DNA of 64,000 bases, taken from positions 27,120 to 91,119 of the forward strand of contig JANPEF010000008.1 in assembly GCA_031431875.1 (NCBI GenBank), read 5' to 3'. Below, one piece after another: positions 21,156 to 31,451 of the stretch. Each line of letters begins with the position of its first letter. The first letter of the stretch is position 1. Source of the DNA: Candidatus Eiseniibacteriota bacterium. GTDB lineage: Bacteria; Eisenbacteria; RBG-16-71-46; DASYSL01. The translations under genes were made by a program, and so were the position numbers. The notes beneath the pieces are model-generated. The model was given only the letters and a program-made list of their open reading frames with translations. It was not told where the DNA came from and searched no databases.

Positions 21156-22759
21156 GCGTCGCTCCCGCGGGCGGCCAGGCGCGACCCGAGGACGTGCGCC
21201 CACGCCATCAGCGTGAACGTGAGGCCCCCGCTGGGCAGCGCGAGGAAGCCCGAGCCGTCGGCGACGAAGACGCGCCGGGTTCCGGCGAGGCGACCATCCG
21301 GGCCGAGCGTTCCGGGCGTCGTGCCGTCGCCGAACGGCAACGTGCCCGCGTAGTGCACGGAGGAACCGAGCGGCATCGACTGATGCTTGAGCGCGGGTGC
21401 GCCGAGGCGACGCATTGCGGCGAGGATGCGCCGTTCGCAGGCGGCGTCCGCGGCGCGATCCGTCTCGCTCCGCGAGAGTTGCGACTCCAGTCGGTCGCCG
21501 GTCGGCGACGTGGCATCGGGCACGCGACGAAGCCGGTTGCCCGGCGACGGGCGATCCGGATGGTTGATCGTGACCAGCAGCAGCGCCGGCACGAGCGTGC
21601 GGAAGATACCGAGCCCTTCGGCGAGCGCCAGCGGCACCTCTTTCACCAGCTTGAACAGCAGCAGCGAGCGATAGGTGAAGATCGAGACCATGCGCACATC
21701 TTCCCCGGTGCCGCGTGGATCGAGGTACATCTCGACCTGCCCCAGGCTGGTGCGATGCCTTTCGAGCGCGCGCCCCAGCCGGCGCACGTGCAGGCACGGC
21801 GCGATCGTGTAGCCGTTCGTCATCACCGGACGCTCGTCGATGCCGGGGAGCGAGCGCATGGCGATGCGGGCGCTGCCCAGCGCTCCCGTACCCAGGATCA
21901 GGCGCCGGGCCCGCACAATTTCGTCGGGCCCGGCGTCCAGCGGGCGGACGTGGATCGCGACGTGGTCTGCAGCCTCCTCGAAGCGGAGCACGAGCACCCC
22001 GGAGCGGTACTCGAACCCGGCCTCGCGCCGCAGCGCATCGACCGTCATCCACGGGCGATAGACCGCGTGGCCGTGATCGGCCCAGTAGTCCATGTCGGTA
22101 TAGGGTGTCGCGCCACGATCGCCGAGCGACTGCGTCAGCACGGCCATCGGCATCTTGCCCATGTGCGCGCCCACCGCGCGCAGGGGGCCGCGGTGCCGTG
22201 CGTAGGCCGCCCGCAACGCGGCGATGCTGCCGTCCATCACCAGCGGCGGCTGCACCGTCGTCAGGCCGTTCCCGCAGTAGCGGGTCAGGTCGTCCGGCTC
22301 GGCCGCGATGCCGATGCGCTGCGCGACCGCCTCGTAGGCCGGCGTGATCGCGACTGGATCGAGCCCGGTGGCGCGCAGCTCGGCCGGCGTGTACGCCGCG
22401 CAGCCCGCGCCCCAGGCGGCACCGAGGCCGCCGTAGGCGAGGCTCTCCATGCGCGCCAGTGTGCCGCCGAATGGCAGCCAGCGTTCGGTGTCGGCGATGA
22501 CGTGGGCACGGGGTGGCGTCAGCGTGTGCGTGGCGGGTCCCCAGGGCACGCCTTCGAAACGATCGCCCAGGAACCAGCGGTGCTGTTCCGGATCCTCCGC
22601 GCGAAGGCTCGAGAAGTCCCGCTCGGGGACCCGCGCGGCGTCCGGGTCACCGCCGCGGCCTCCGTCGAGCATGAGCACGCGGGCGCCGTTCTCGATCAGC
22701 GCGCGAGCGACTGCCGCACCGCTGATACCGGAGCCGACGACGACGTGATCGTGGATCAT
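21152..22759 (-). CDS. FAD-dependent GMC-like oxidoreductase
   Basis: VVGSGISG dinucleotide motif, GGLGAAWG, C-terminal HYAGT and VADGS. Confidence 0.75.
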   Translation of the reverse strand: MIHDHVVVGSGISGAAVARALIENGARVLMLDGGRGGDPDAARVPERDFSSLRAEDPEQHRWFLGDRFEGVPWGPATHTLTPPRAHVIADTERWLPFGGTLARMESLAYGGLGAAWGAGCAAYTPAELRATGLDPVAITPAYEAVAQRIGIAAEPDDLTRYCGNGLTTVQPPLVMDGSIAALRAAYARHRGPLRAVGAHMGKMPMAVLTQSLGDRGATPYTDMDYWADHGHAVYRPWMTVDALRREAGFEYRSGVLVLRFEEAADHVAIHVRPLDAGPDEIVRARRLILGTGALGSARIAMRSLPGIDERPVMTNGYTIAPCLHVRRLGRALERHRTSLGQVEMYLDPRGTGEDVRMVSIFTYRSLLLFKLVKEVPLALAEGLGIFRTLVPALLLVTINHPDRPSPGNRLRRVPDATSPTGDRLESQLSRSETDRAADAACERRILAAMRRLGAPALKHQSMPLGSSVHYAGTLPFGDGTTPGTLGPDGRLAGTRRVFVADGSGFLALPSGGLTFTLMAWAHVLGSRLAARGSDA

Positions 22760-23193
22760 CGCGTCGTCGCCCGGATGCCGGCCACGAGGGCGAGACCAAG
22801 CAGCGCGCGCAGCGCGCCGCGGACTCCGTGCCACGCAAGGGCCGCAAGCGCAGCCATCGGCGGGGTGTCGCGCGCCTCGAAGCGCGCGACATGGCTCGGC
22901 GAGGCCTCGAGCACCGCGAGCATCAGGTAGAGGCGGTGTCGAACGGGGGACCACGGGTCGAGCAGCGCCAGACCCGCGTCGACGAGGCCCATCCACGGTC
23001 CGCCGCGCCGGGCAAGCGCCCACAGGCGGCGGTCGACTGGTCGATCGAGCGGCAGCGCGACGAGTGCAACCGCACGTCGCCAGCGTTCGATCTCGAACGG
23101 ATCCGGATCCTCGCCGATCAGGCCGTGCGCGATGCGCCGCGCATCGTCCGCGCCGGGTGCCGACGGGCTCGAGGTGGCCGCGGCGGAACTCAT
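22756..23193 (-). CDS. Hypothetical protein (145 aa)
   Basis: ORF overlaps both neighbours by 4 bp; no recognisable motif. Confidence 0.65.
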   Translation of the reverse strand: MSSAAATSSPSAPGADDARRIAHGLIGEDPDPFEIERWRRAVALVALPLDRPVDRRLWALARRGGPWMGLVDAGLALLDPWSPVRHRLYLMLAVLEASPSHVARFEARDTPPMAALAALAWHGVRGALRALLGLALVAGIRATTR

Positions 23194-23711
23194 GCCAGCG
23201 TCTTCACGACCCGGGCCGGCACGCCGGCGACGACCGTGTGCGGCGGGACATCCCGCGTGACGACCGCACCGGCGGCCACGACCGCACCTTCGCCCACGGT
23301 CACCCCGGGCAGGAGAATCGCGCCGGCGCCCACGTACGAGCGGCGGCGCAGGATCACCGGGGCCACGGTGCCGTCGAGCTGGCCGGGCTCGATGCGATCC
23401 ATCCTTCGCGCGTCGTCGTGGACGATCACGATGACGCGGAACGAGATCACGACGTCGTCCTCGAGAACGATCAGTTCGGGGAACTGGTCGTCGAGCCAGG
23501 AATCCATGCCGATGTAGACGTGATCGCCGACGTGGATGCCCATGGCGCGATACAGCGCGACGCGCAGGCCCCCGTGGATGCAGAAACGCGCCAGCATGTG
23601 CAGCGTCTTCTGGGCGAATACAGTGAAGATTCCTCGTGGCGCGATCCGCTGCTCGTACTCGCGGCGCTCCGTGCGGGCGGTGATCGGCGGGGCGGACACG
23701 ACGGGGCTCAT
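23190..23711 (-). CDS. Hexapeptide-repeat (LbH) acyltransferase
   Basis: [41 protein letters not shown]. Confidence 0.88.
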   Translation of the reverse strand: MSPVVSAPPITARTERREYEQRIAPRGIFTVFAQKTLHMLARFCIHGGLRVALYRAMGIHVGDHVYIGMDSWLDDQFPELIVLEDDVVISFRVIVIVHDDARRMDRIEPGQLDGTVAPVILRRRSYVGAGAILLPGVTVGEGAVVAAGAVVTRDVPPHTVVAGVPARVVKTLA

Positions 23712-24124
23712 GGCCGGGGCGCGGAATCGCGCTCGTCCTGCATTGCCTTGAGTTCGCTGGCGAGGATGCCGACGTCCTGGATCAGCGCCTTGTTCTGCTC
23801 CTTGAGGTGCGAGATCACCGTGCTGAAGTGGAACTGGAGCAGCAGGATCATCAGGATCGCGATCAGGAACAGGAACGCCGGCGGGTAGTAGATGCCCACC
23901 AGGTGCGAGAGCTGTTCGATCCCGTGGATGAAGATCGCCGACAAGCACAACACCACGGATGCGATGACCCAAAGCAGCGCATACTGCTCGCGCAGCTGCT
24001 TCTTGCGCACCAGATTCAGAATGAAGAGCAGGATCCCGAGGCCGGCGAGAAAGACGAAGACGCGCGTACGGAGCTGGATCCCGACGACCGGAACCGTGGG
24101 CAGAGACTGCATGGGAATCAGCAT
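23708..24124 (-). CDS. DUF2304-like small membrane protein
   Basis: [16 protein letters not shown]-terminal coiled tail; AGGAGG SD; typical partner of a DPM-like GT2. Confidence 0.85.
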   Translation of the reverse strand: MLIPMQSLPTVPVVGIQLRTRVFVFLAGLGILLFILNLVRKKQLREQYALLWVIASVVLCLSAIFIHGIEQLSHLVGIYYPPAFLFLIAILMILLLQFHFSTVISHLKEQNKALIQDVGILASELKAMQDERDSAPRP

Positions 24125-24137
24125 TGGCTCCTCCTTC

Positions 24138-25007
24138 CTACGCGGCGCGGCGCAGGTGGCCGCCGCGTTCGAGGATGTCGATCATCGGCTCGCAGCGGTG
24201 GCGCGAGAGAATCCGCTCCAGGCGCCCGGGTACGGCGTGCAGGTTGTGATAGGTGATGAACGCATCGACCGCGCCAAGCGCGACGCGCGGCACGTCCGAC
24301 ACCCACTCCCACGGATGGACGAACAGCGATGCCGGCCGCTGCTGCACGTAGGAAGCGAGAGCGGCCTCGAAGACGAAACGGGGCAACGCTCGCAGGTAGA
24401 AGCCGCCGGCGATGGGCACGCGCAGCCCGGCCACCTCGTGCACCGCCACGGGGAACTCGACGAGCGCCCCGGCCGGATCGTGGCGCCCCAGGTCGTCGGC
24501 CGCCGGGCGGTAGATGCCCAGCGGCGCACCGGCGACGCCATAGAGCTTCACCTTGAGCGGAAAGATGCTCGAGTCGTAGGTGAATCCCTCGTCCCGCAGC
24601 ACCTCGAGCCCCCACGCGGTCGTCCGGTCGATGCTGAACGTCGGGGCGCGGAAGCCCACGACCGGATCGGCGCCCAGCGCATCCTTCACCGCGCGACGGA
24701 AATCGCGCAGCTCGGCGCGAAAACTCTCGCGATCGAGCCGCCACAGCGACGTGTGCGAAAAGCCGTGGCTGGCGAGCTCGTGGCCCTCGTCGACGATGCG
24801 GCGCACCAGGTCGGGGTGCTGCGCCGCGACATCGCCCAGCACGAAGAACGTGGAGTGGGCACGGTGACGTCGCAGCAGGTCGAGCAGTTCCATCGTGCCC
24901 TGCCGGACGACCGAGCGGCGATCGTCCTTCGCCACGTGGGCGCGGACCAGCTCGGGGTGGTACCAGTCCTCGATGTCGAAGGTGAGCGACGCGGGCTGCG
25001 CGGTCAT
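24138..25007 (-). CDS. Polysaccharide deacetylase (CE4; XrtA/DUF3473-type)
   Basis: TFDIEDWY, HELASHGFSH, GFRAPTFS, YDSSIFP, GGFYLR, HPWE. Confidence 0.88.
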   Translation of the reverse strand: MTAQPASLTFDIEDWYHPELVRAHVAKDDRRSVVRQGTMELLDLLRRHRAHSTFFVLGDVAAQHPDLVRRIVDEGHELASHGFSHTSLWRLDRESFRAELRDFRRAVKDALGADPVVGFRAPTFSIDRTTAWGLEVLRDEGFTYDSSIFPLKVKLYGVAGAPLGIYRPAADDLGRHDPAGALVEFPVAVHEVAGLRVPIAGGFYLRALPRFVFEAALASYVQQRPASLFVHPWEWVSDVPRVALGAVDAFITYHNLHAVPGRLERILSRHRCEPMIDILERGGHLRRAA

Positions 25008-25822
25008 CGCGACGCCTCGATCGGCACGCGCAGCACCTTGCGGCGCAGGAGGACCATGAGGATCGACAGCATCATCTTCGAGACGTAGTAGAACGCCTTC
25101 AGGTTGGAGTGCATCGACGTCCCGGCGGTGCGCGCCTGCATGACGACGGGCACCTCGAGGACGCGGAACCCAGCGAGGTTGAGCAGGATGATCGTGTCGG
25201 CGTCGGGGAAGTCGCTCGGGTAGTTGTCGCGGGCGAAGAAGCGCAACACCTTCGAGTTCATCGCCTGGTATCCCGATGTCGGATCCGAGAACGTCTTGCG
25301 CGTGACGAACGTCACGATCGCGCCGAAGACGGCCATGCCCAGGCGGCGCGGCAGCGGGATCGGGTAGTTCGCGTGCCCGGTGAATCGCGAGCCGATCGCC
25401 ACGTCTGCCTCGCCGCGCGCGACCGGAGCGAACAGGCCCGCGGCGGACTTCGGATCGTGCTGACCGTCGGCGTCGATCTGGATGACGAACTCGTAGCCCT
25501 TCGTGAGCGCGTACTTGAACCCGGTCTGGACGGCGCCGCCGTACCCGAGGTTGCACGGCAGGTCGACGACGTCGGCGCGGCACTCGGCGGCGATCGTCGT
25601 CGTCCGGTCGGTGGAGAAGTCGCTGATCACGACGATCTTCACGCCTGGCAGTTCGCTCCGGATCGAGGCGATGGTCGGCCCCAGGCTCGCTTCCTCGTTG
25701 TGGGCCGGGATGACGACCAGCAGGCGGCCGGCCGCAAGCGCCGCGGTGACGGCCGGATCGGGGGCCTCGGCCGCGGCAGGCACGTGCGGGGCGGCTCCCG
25801 TGGGGGCGGGGGCTGCGGTCAA
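25004..25822 (-). CDS. GT2 DPM/DPG-synthase-like glycosyltransferase
   Basis: IPAHNEE, NLGYGGAVQTG, IDADGQHDP, DPTSGY; TTG start overlapping the upstream stop. Confidence 0.88.
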   Translation of the reverse strand: MTAAPAPTGAAPHVPAAAEAPDPAVTAALAAGRLLVVIPAHNEEASLGPTIASIRSELPGVKIVVISDFSTDRTTTIAAECRADVVDLPCNLGYGGAVQTGFKYALTKGYEFVIQIDADGQHDPKSAAGLFAPVARGEADVAIGSRFTGHANYPIPLPRRLGMAVFGAIVTFVTRKTFSDPTSGYQAMNSKVLRFFARDNYPSDFPDADTIILLNLAGFRVLEVPVVMQARTAGTSMHSNLKAFYYVSKMMLSILMVLLRRKVLRVPIEASR

Positions 25823-27897
25823 GGTCGGGATCCTCCGGCTGGGGTGGGGGACGGCGTCTCCGGGCGCAGAGGGCGCAGACCGAAGATGCGCACGCCCGCA
25901 TGATCGTACACCAGGTCGAAGCCCTCGCCCAAGGTCGCGGGCAGGGGATGGGGCTCCGGGGGCAGTCCGGGCTTGGCCCGGTTGGCGCGATAGACGACGT
26001 ACACCGGGGCCGCCAGGCGTCGCAGGACACTGCGTGTGTTCGCCATCCCGGCCCGTTCTCCGTAGAGATCGATCATGACGGCATGGCGTTCGGCGATCTG
26101 ATCGGCCGGGAACGCGGCACGTGTCGGCCCCAATGGCGAGCCGCAGAACAGGCGACGCGGCGCCAGGACCATGATCGCGTCGCGGAACTCGGAATCGACG
26201 ACGATCGACTCCCGCGGCGTCTCGCGCGCCAGCCACGCGTAGGCCGCACGTTCCGCCGCGCCGGCCTCGATCTCGGACGGGTAGCCCACGGTCGGGGCGA
26301 GCGCCATCGCCTGGATCGCAAGGAGGGGAACGGCGGCAAAGAGCGCGGCGAATACCAGTGCCGCAGCGGCGCGTCCCCGCCGGCGAGCGATTCCGGCCAA
26401 CCAAGGGGCGAGCGCGCCGCCCGCGAACAGCGCCAGGCCGAAATGAACCTGGAACGCGAACTTCGATTCGTTGTCTTCGGGCAGGTTGACGATCGCGGCG
26501 AACGCGAGCATGCCGAGCGTCCACACGACGAGGAATGCTCCGGTCGCGTGCGCGCGGGCCAGGCGCCGCGCCGGCGCGAACGCGAGCGCGCCGACTACGA
26601 TGCTCGCCGTGCCGAGCGTCCACAGCATCTGCGGCTGCGGCGCGAGGAACGCGTGCTGGAGCCCGGATTTTCCGGCGCTCCATCCCGCCGAGATCGCGCG
26701 TGTGTAGGGCAGGCCGGCGAGCGCGCCGACGGCGAGCGCAGCCAACGCGGCGACCGTGCGCCCGCGCCCCGGCGCCGGCAGCCCGATCGACGGCAGCACG
26801 AAGGCGACCACGAGCGCGCCCACCGTCACCGGGATCGCCGACAGGCCGACCACGCCGTGGAACAGGAGCTGGCCCAGCGCGGCGAGCGCGACGACGGGCA
26901 GCCACGCGCGCGATCCGCCCGCGAGCCAGCGCACGACGGCGAGCAGCATGAGCAGCATCATGATCCACGAGTAGTTGAGTGCGGTGCCCAAGGTGACCTT
27001 GTCGAACACGTTGACCATGTGCGCGAACGGGGCGGTCAGGTCGTAGAGGATCCGCCACGAGCCGAATCCCGGGACGTGGTATTCGGCAAGGACCGCGTCG
27101 AGGCCCCGCACGTTGCCGGTGAGGCCCTTGAGGCCGACCAGCGGGGCGAGGATCCACGCGCCCGCGGCGAGGCCGCCGAGCGCGACCACGGCCGCCCCGA
27201 ACGCGTCGGCCGCGCGGCCCCATAGGGCGTGGCCCAGCGCGAAGACCAGCCCGACCAGTACGGCAGTGTCTGCGACGTTGAGCATGGCCATGAACGCGAA
27301 CGGATCCTGTCGGTGGAACGAGCACAGGAGCCCGATGAACCAGTTGTAGAACCACACGTAGTTGAGCGTCAGGCCCGCGAAGCGCGGATCCTGCGGCGGG
27401 AAGCCGAGGTCGAGTACGTCCCACACGATGCCGGCATGGACCCACGAGTCAGAGCGCACCCGCGCCAGGACGTTGACCAGCGGCGGAATCGCGACCAGCA
27501 GCGCGGTGCCGATCGCAAGGAGGGTCGCACGGCGCACCCAGCGCGTTTCGTCCCCGGCCGGCGCGGGCTTCGGCGCGCGGCTCGTCCGTGCCTCGGCCAC
27601 GATCCACACGAGGCCCGCTCCGAGCGCGATCGCGCGCGCCGCGGCCACCGGCGCCATGCCGAGGATGACCAGCAGCCAGCCGAGGGTCGAGGCGACCAGG
27701 GGCGCGAGCGCGAGTCCGACAACCGCACGCAGACGCCGTGAGCCGGACGGGAACAGGACGCCGACGAGCGCCATGCCCGGGAGCACGCCGAGGGCGGGAT
27801 ACAGCGCGAGCATGGGCAGCGCGTGCGTCCCACCGACGGCGGCGCCGGCGGCGGCCACCGCGCAGGTGAGCAGGGCAACGAGCAGGCCGGGCTTCAC
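25819..27897 (-). CDS. Multi-TM GT-C-like membrane protein (DUF2298-like)
   Basis: RSDSWVH first loop, PPQDPRFAG..LNYVWFY, many TMs, soluble C-tail. Confidence 0.65.
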   Translation of the reverse strand: MKPGLLVALLTCAVAAAGAAVGGTHALPMLALYPALGVLPGMALVGVLFPSGSRRLRAVVGLALAPLVASTLGWLLVILGMAPVAAARAIALGAGLVWIVAEARTSRAPKPAPAGDETRWVRRATLLAIGTALLVAIPPLVNVLARVRSDSWVHAGIVWDVLDLGFPPQDPRFAGLTLNYVWFYNWFIGLLCSFHRQDPFAFMAMLNVADTAVLVGLVFALGHALWGRAADAFGAAVVALGGLAAGAWILAPLVGLKGLTGNVRGLDAVLAEYHVPGFGSWRILYDLTAPFAHMVNVFDKVTLGTALNYSWIMMLLMLLAVVRWLAGGSRAWLPVVALAALGQLLFHGVVGLSAIPVTVGALVVAFVLPSIGLPAPGRGRTVAALAALAVGALAGLPYTRAISAGWSAGKSGLQHAFLAPQPQMLWTLGTASIVVGALAFAPARRLARAHATGAFLVVWTLGMLAFAAIVNLPEDNESKFAFQVHFGLALFAGGALAPWLAGIARRRGRAAAALVFAALFAAVPLLAIQAMALAPTVGYPSEIEAGAAERAAYAWLARETPRESIVVDSEFRDAIMVLAPRRLFCGSPLGPTRAAFPADQIAERHAVMIDLYGERAGMANTRSVLRRLAAPVYVVYRANRAKPGLPPEPHPLPATLGEGFDLVYDHAGVRIFGLRPLRPETPSPTPAGGSRP

Positions 27898-28907
27898 AGC
27901 GCCTCCGGAAACAGGCGGCGCGCACGCGGGCCGACCGCGCGCGTCACCGCCAGCGGCAGGCGCTGCCAGATGCGCACGGCGAGGTCGAGCGACGACTTCT
28001 GTGCCGCGAGCGTCGGCACCTCCTGCGCCGTGCCCAGCGCGTACTGGTAGGCGAGCGGTTGCGGTGCGGCACCGTATTGCACCTTGAAGCGGTACGTACC
28101 CGCTCCGGGTTGGCTGCGCCCGAAGTCGAAGCGCCGCGCGCCGGCGGCGATCGCGCCGCGGACCGCCTCCCAGTAGAGGAGGTTGTTCGGGCACAGGGCG
28201 AAGAAGCGGCGCAGCGACGAGGCCCACGGGTCGGTGATCGTCGCGCCGTGGGCGACGGTGAACATGCCGCCGATCGGCCGGTCGCCCAACCAGACCACGA
28301 GCAGGTCGGCGTCGTCGCCGTACAGCGCGAGGGCCCGCGCGAAGTAGCGTACCTCCATCGCGGGCGTGCCGAGGTCGCGCATGTTCTCGGAAAACACGCG
28401 GTGGAACGCATCGACCTGGTCGCGGCCGCGCGTGCAGTGCAGGCCGGACTTCTCGGCCTTGCGGATCTGGTTCCGGAGCTTCGCGTCGAAGCGCTTCCAC
28501 TGGGCGTCGGCGTCGTCGGCGAGTTCGAGCACGAGGGTTGCGTGCTCGGGATTGGTCGCGAGTCCGGGCCACGCGCGGGCCTGGTCGCGCAGCTCGAGCC
28601 AGCGAAGGCCCTCGCGTGCCACATCGGCGCGGGCGTGTTCGATCAGCGCCGCCGCGGCCACGTCATCCTCGGCGAGGAGTCCGCCCGGGGCCGAGAACAG
28701 CGTGTCCTTGCCGCGGAACAGCGGCAGGACGCCGACGATCTGTTCCGCGGCGTCATGCGCCATCCACCACCGCGCCTCGACACCGAAGAACTCGCTGGTC
28801 AGGGTCCGCCACGCGGTGCGCTGAGCGAAGTGGGAGCCGGGGCGGGCGAGGACATAGCTGTCCCAGGCGGTCGCGTCGGAGGCCGTCAGCGGCCGGACGT
28901 CGATCAC
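27894..28907 (-). CDS. FemAB-related GNAT family protein (XrtA/PEP-CTERM-associated type)
   Basis: KLRNQIRKAEK, NMRDLGTP, PNNLLYWE, FDFGRS, GTYRFKVQYGA. Confidence 0.88.
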   Translation of the reverse strand: MIDVRPLTASDATAWDSYVLARPGSHFAQRTAWRTLTSEFFGVEARWWMAHDAAEQIVGVLPLFRGKDTLFSAPGGLLAEDDVAAAALIEHARADVAREGLRWLELRDQARAWPGLATNPEHATLVLELADDADAQWKRFDAKLRNQIRKAEKSGLHCTRGRDQVDAFHRVFSENMRDLGTPAMEVRYFARALALYGDDADLLVVWLGDRPIGGMFTVAHGATITDPWASSLRRFFALCPNNLLYWEAVRGAIAAGARRFDFGRSQPGAGTYRFKVQYGAAPQPLAYQYALGTAQEVPTLAAQKSSLDLAVRIWQRLPLAVTRAVGPRARRLFPEAL

Positions 28908-30457
28908 GGCAGGGGCACGGCGGGTCGCTGCGACACTCGCGGCACCGCGGGGCGCTGCGCGACACGCTGCGGAACCGTCGAACCGCGGGCAGCGTCCGGC
29001 GTCGGCTCCGCCAGCGCGGGCACGAGGCGCAGACCGGCCTCGCGCCGGGCGACCCGGCCGATTGCGAATACCAGCCCGAACAGGAACCAGACGAAAAACG
29101 AGTACGTCCCGTTCCGGAGGTAGTCGATCTTGATCTGATCGATGATGAAGGTGAAGAGCATGACCCGGGTGAGCAGGGTCGCCCCCTCGATGTACGTGCC
29201 GCTCCCGAGACTGGGAGCGAGGGGCCGGCTCGTCTTCCACAGGCTCCACAGGAACCAGAGGAAGAACGCCAGGCCGAAGACCCCGACGATGTAGGCGTAG
29301 AAGATGTAGACGTTGTGCGGCCAGTACTGCGCGTGCACGCCGATGCGCGGTGCCATGTAGGGGCCATGACCGATCCAGGGCTCCTTGAGGACGCTCTCGA
29401 ACGACTGAGCCCAGACCTCGGAGCGCGTCTCGGGAACGACGCCCTTCATCTCGGTCCCGGAGAGTCGTTCGAGCACCGAGTCCCCATTGGTAAAGTTCGC
29501 GACGATGTAGTCGGCGCCGAGGATCAGCGGAATGGCGAGGGCGAAGACCATGACGAGCCGGACGAAGTTCAGCCGGGTCCGCGACAACCACATCAGGTAG
29601 ACCGCGCCGACCGAGAACGACAGGAGCGCACCGCGCGTCACGGTGGAGAACAGGCAGAAGAGTGTCAGTCCCATGATTCCGGCGATCGCGAAGCGCCTCG
29701 ACTGCGTGGCGGCCCGGGTGAACAGGAACATCTGGAGGAAGAGGTTGAGCGCGCAGTACTCGCCGAACAGTTCGTAGTCGAGGAAAGTGCTGCCGACGCG
29801 CACGCCGCTGCCTTGCCCGCCCACGGTTCCCGCGAACGAGATCCAGCCCGGGATCAGCGTGGCCCCCGGGTGCCGCTGCTCATACAGCGCGAACAGGCAG
29901 ACCATCACGCACGAGATGGTCTGGACCAGGAACAGCTTCTTCACGTCCGCCGTCGAGCGGACGATGGCGACGACCATGTAGTAGATCAGCAGGTACGTGA
30001 GGAAGCCCATGAAGAGCCCCCACGCGACCGAGAAGTACTGCGGCTGCACGTTGTAGAACGAGATGCAGTAGGCCATGACGAGCCCGAGGATGGGGACGTC
30101 GAGCGGCGTGCGACCGGGCGGCTCGATTCGGCGGGTGCTCACGCGGAACAGCCAGACGATGAAGATGAGGAGGATGAACGCGACGTTCGTGTTGCCGTAG
30201 CTCGTGCCCTTGGGGAAGGGGAGGAAGAGCGCGGCGAGCATGAGGCCGTCGATCGAGCTGAAGCGGAAGGCGAGCAGGACGATGATGCCGCCGGCGAACA
30301 GCTGGAGCACGCGGGCGTCGGGCTCGAGGAACTGCATGCCGGCGAGAATCGCCGCGGCCAGAATGGCGGCGAACGTGAACGTCCGTCCGGCGAACCCTTC
30401 CGGGAATCGCCGTCCGATCGTCGCTCCCAGGGACTTCAGCGCGTCGAACACAGACAC
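28904..30457 (-). CDS. O-antigen ligase / Wzy_C family membrane protein
   Basis: Multi-TM; TVTRGA, large loop ending PWIGHG and WPHNVY; GTG 30457 with GGGGGAG SD (alternative start 30487). Confidence 0.82.
   Translation of the reverse strand: MSVFDALKSLGATIGRRFPEGFAGRTFTFAAILAAAILAGMQFLEPDARVLQLFAGGIIVLLAFRFSSIDGLMLAALFLPFPKGTSYGNTNVAFILLIFIVWLFRVSTRRIEPPGRTPLDVPILGLVMAYCISFYNVQPQYFSVAWGLFMGFLTYLLIYYMVVAIVRSTADVKKLFLVQTISCVMVCLFALYEQRHPGATLIPGWISFAGTVGGQGSGVRVGSTFLDYELFGEYCALNLFLQMFLFTRAATQSRRFAIAGIMGLTLFCLFSTVTRGALLSFSVGAVYLMWLSRTRLNFVRLVMVFALAIPLILGADYIVANFTNGDSVLERLSGTEMKGVVPETRSEVWAQSFESVLKEPWIGHGPYMAPRIGVHAQYWPHNVYIFYAYIVGVFGLAFFLWFLWSLWKTSRPLAPSLGSGTYIEGATLLTRVMLFTFIIDQIKIDYLRNGTYSFFVWFLFGLVFAIGRVARREAGLRLVPALAEPTPDAARGSTVPQRVAQRPAVPRVSQRPAVPLP
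28908..28975 (-). repeat. Short imperfect tandem repeat encoding RVAQRPAVP / RVSQRPAVP at the ligase C-terminus
   Basis: Translation VPQRVAQRPAVPRVSQRPAVPLP. Confidence 0.55.
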
Positions 30458-30491
30458 CGTGCTCCCCCGGGGGCCGTGGCGGCCCACCGGC

Positions 30492-31169
30492 TCACACCAG
30501 CCCGAATCGCTTGGCGAACAGGAAGGAGAGGTTCAGCCACCCGTCGCGCCACTTCTGCAGCTTCACCTCGCCGATGCGCGGCCGGTAGTCGATGCCGAAC
30601 TCGGCGAAGCGGGGGCCCAGCTTCTCGATCGCCTCGATCTTGATCTCCTCGCTGAGTGGCATGCCGTCGGAGGTCAGCTTGAGGCGGGGGAGGACCGAGC
30701 GGCGGAAGACCCACATCCCGGACTGCGAATCCTTGAGCGGCCGGAACCACAGGAGGCCGGTGGCGACCGTGAGCACGAAGTTCCCCACCTTGTTGGTGAA
30801 GTTCATCGCGGAAGGGTTGCGCAGCGGAAAGCGGGCGCCGGAGACGAAGTCGAGCTGCCGGTCCTCGAGCTGGTCGACGAGGAGGGAGATCTCGTCGGCC
30901 GGGTACGTCCCGTCCCCGTCGAGGGTGGCGATGATGTCGCAGGTCGCGGCCGGAAGTCCCGCCTGGTAGGCCGCCCCGTAGCCCTTGCGGGGCTGGAAGA
31001 CGACCTTGGCCCCGAGCGAGCGGGCCACCTCGGCGGTGCGGTCGGTCGAGTTGTTGTCCACGACCACGACCTCGTCCACGTAGGAGGGCATGCCCTCGAA
31101 GACGTGGCGGATTCCGTCCTCCTCGTTGTAGCAGGGGATGACGACGCTGATCGACAGGCCACGGTGCAT
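30492..31169 (-). CDS. GT2 DPM/DPG-synthase-like glycosyltransferase
   Basis: IPCYNEE, DNNSTD, GYG, LDGDGTYP, DSQSGM, RIGEVKL..WRDG. Confidence 0.9.
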   Translation of the reverse strand: MHRGLSISVVIPCYNEEDGIRHVFEGMPSYVDEVVVVDNNSTDRTAEVARSLGAKVVFQPRKGYGAAYQAGLPAATCDIIATLDGDGTYPADEISLLVDQLEDRQLDFVSGARFPLRNPSAMNFTNKVGNFVLTVATGLLWFRPLKDSQSGMWVFRRSVLPRLKLTSDGMPLSEEIKIEAIEKLGPRFAEFGIDYRPRIGEVKLQKWRDGWLNLSFLFAKRFGLV

Positions 31170-31227
31170 CCGGGTCTCCGCGCTTGGGGGGAATCATTGG
31201 CCGAAGGCGGCCGGCCGCCGCCCCCTG

Positions 31228-31256
31228 AGTGTACGCCATCCCGCCCGGCCCGACAA
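31228..31256 (-). promoter_or_regulatory. Sigma70-type promoter for the minus-strand operon
   Basis: Minus strand TTGTCG-N17-TACACT. Confidence 0.5.
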
Positions 31257-31419
31257 TGGTAATTGCAAATCGCAACGTCAGTTACGTGGTTCGGACGCGC
31301 CGGTGTGGGGCTGCTCCGGGAGTCATCGGCAGCTCCGTCGGCCTTCCCAACGAGATCGCGCCGGGGGCCCGCCGTCGCGAGATTCTGCTCCAGCTCCGGA
31401 GCCCGGAGATCGTGGGCAC

Positions 31420-31448
31420 TTGACCTTTGCCGGACTGTGTGGTACAGT
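31420..31448 (+). promoter_or_regulatory. Sigma70-type promoter for the plus-strand operon
   Basis: TTGACC-N17-TACAGT with extended TG. Confidence 0.6.
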
Positions 31449-31451
31449 CTT

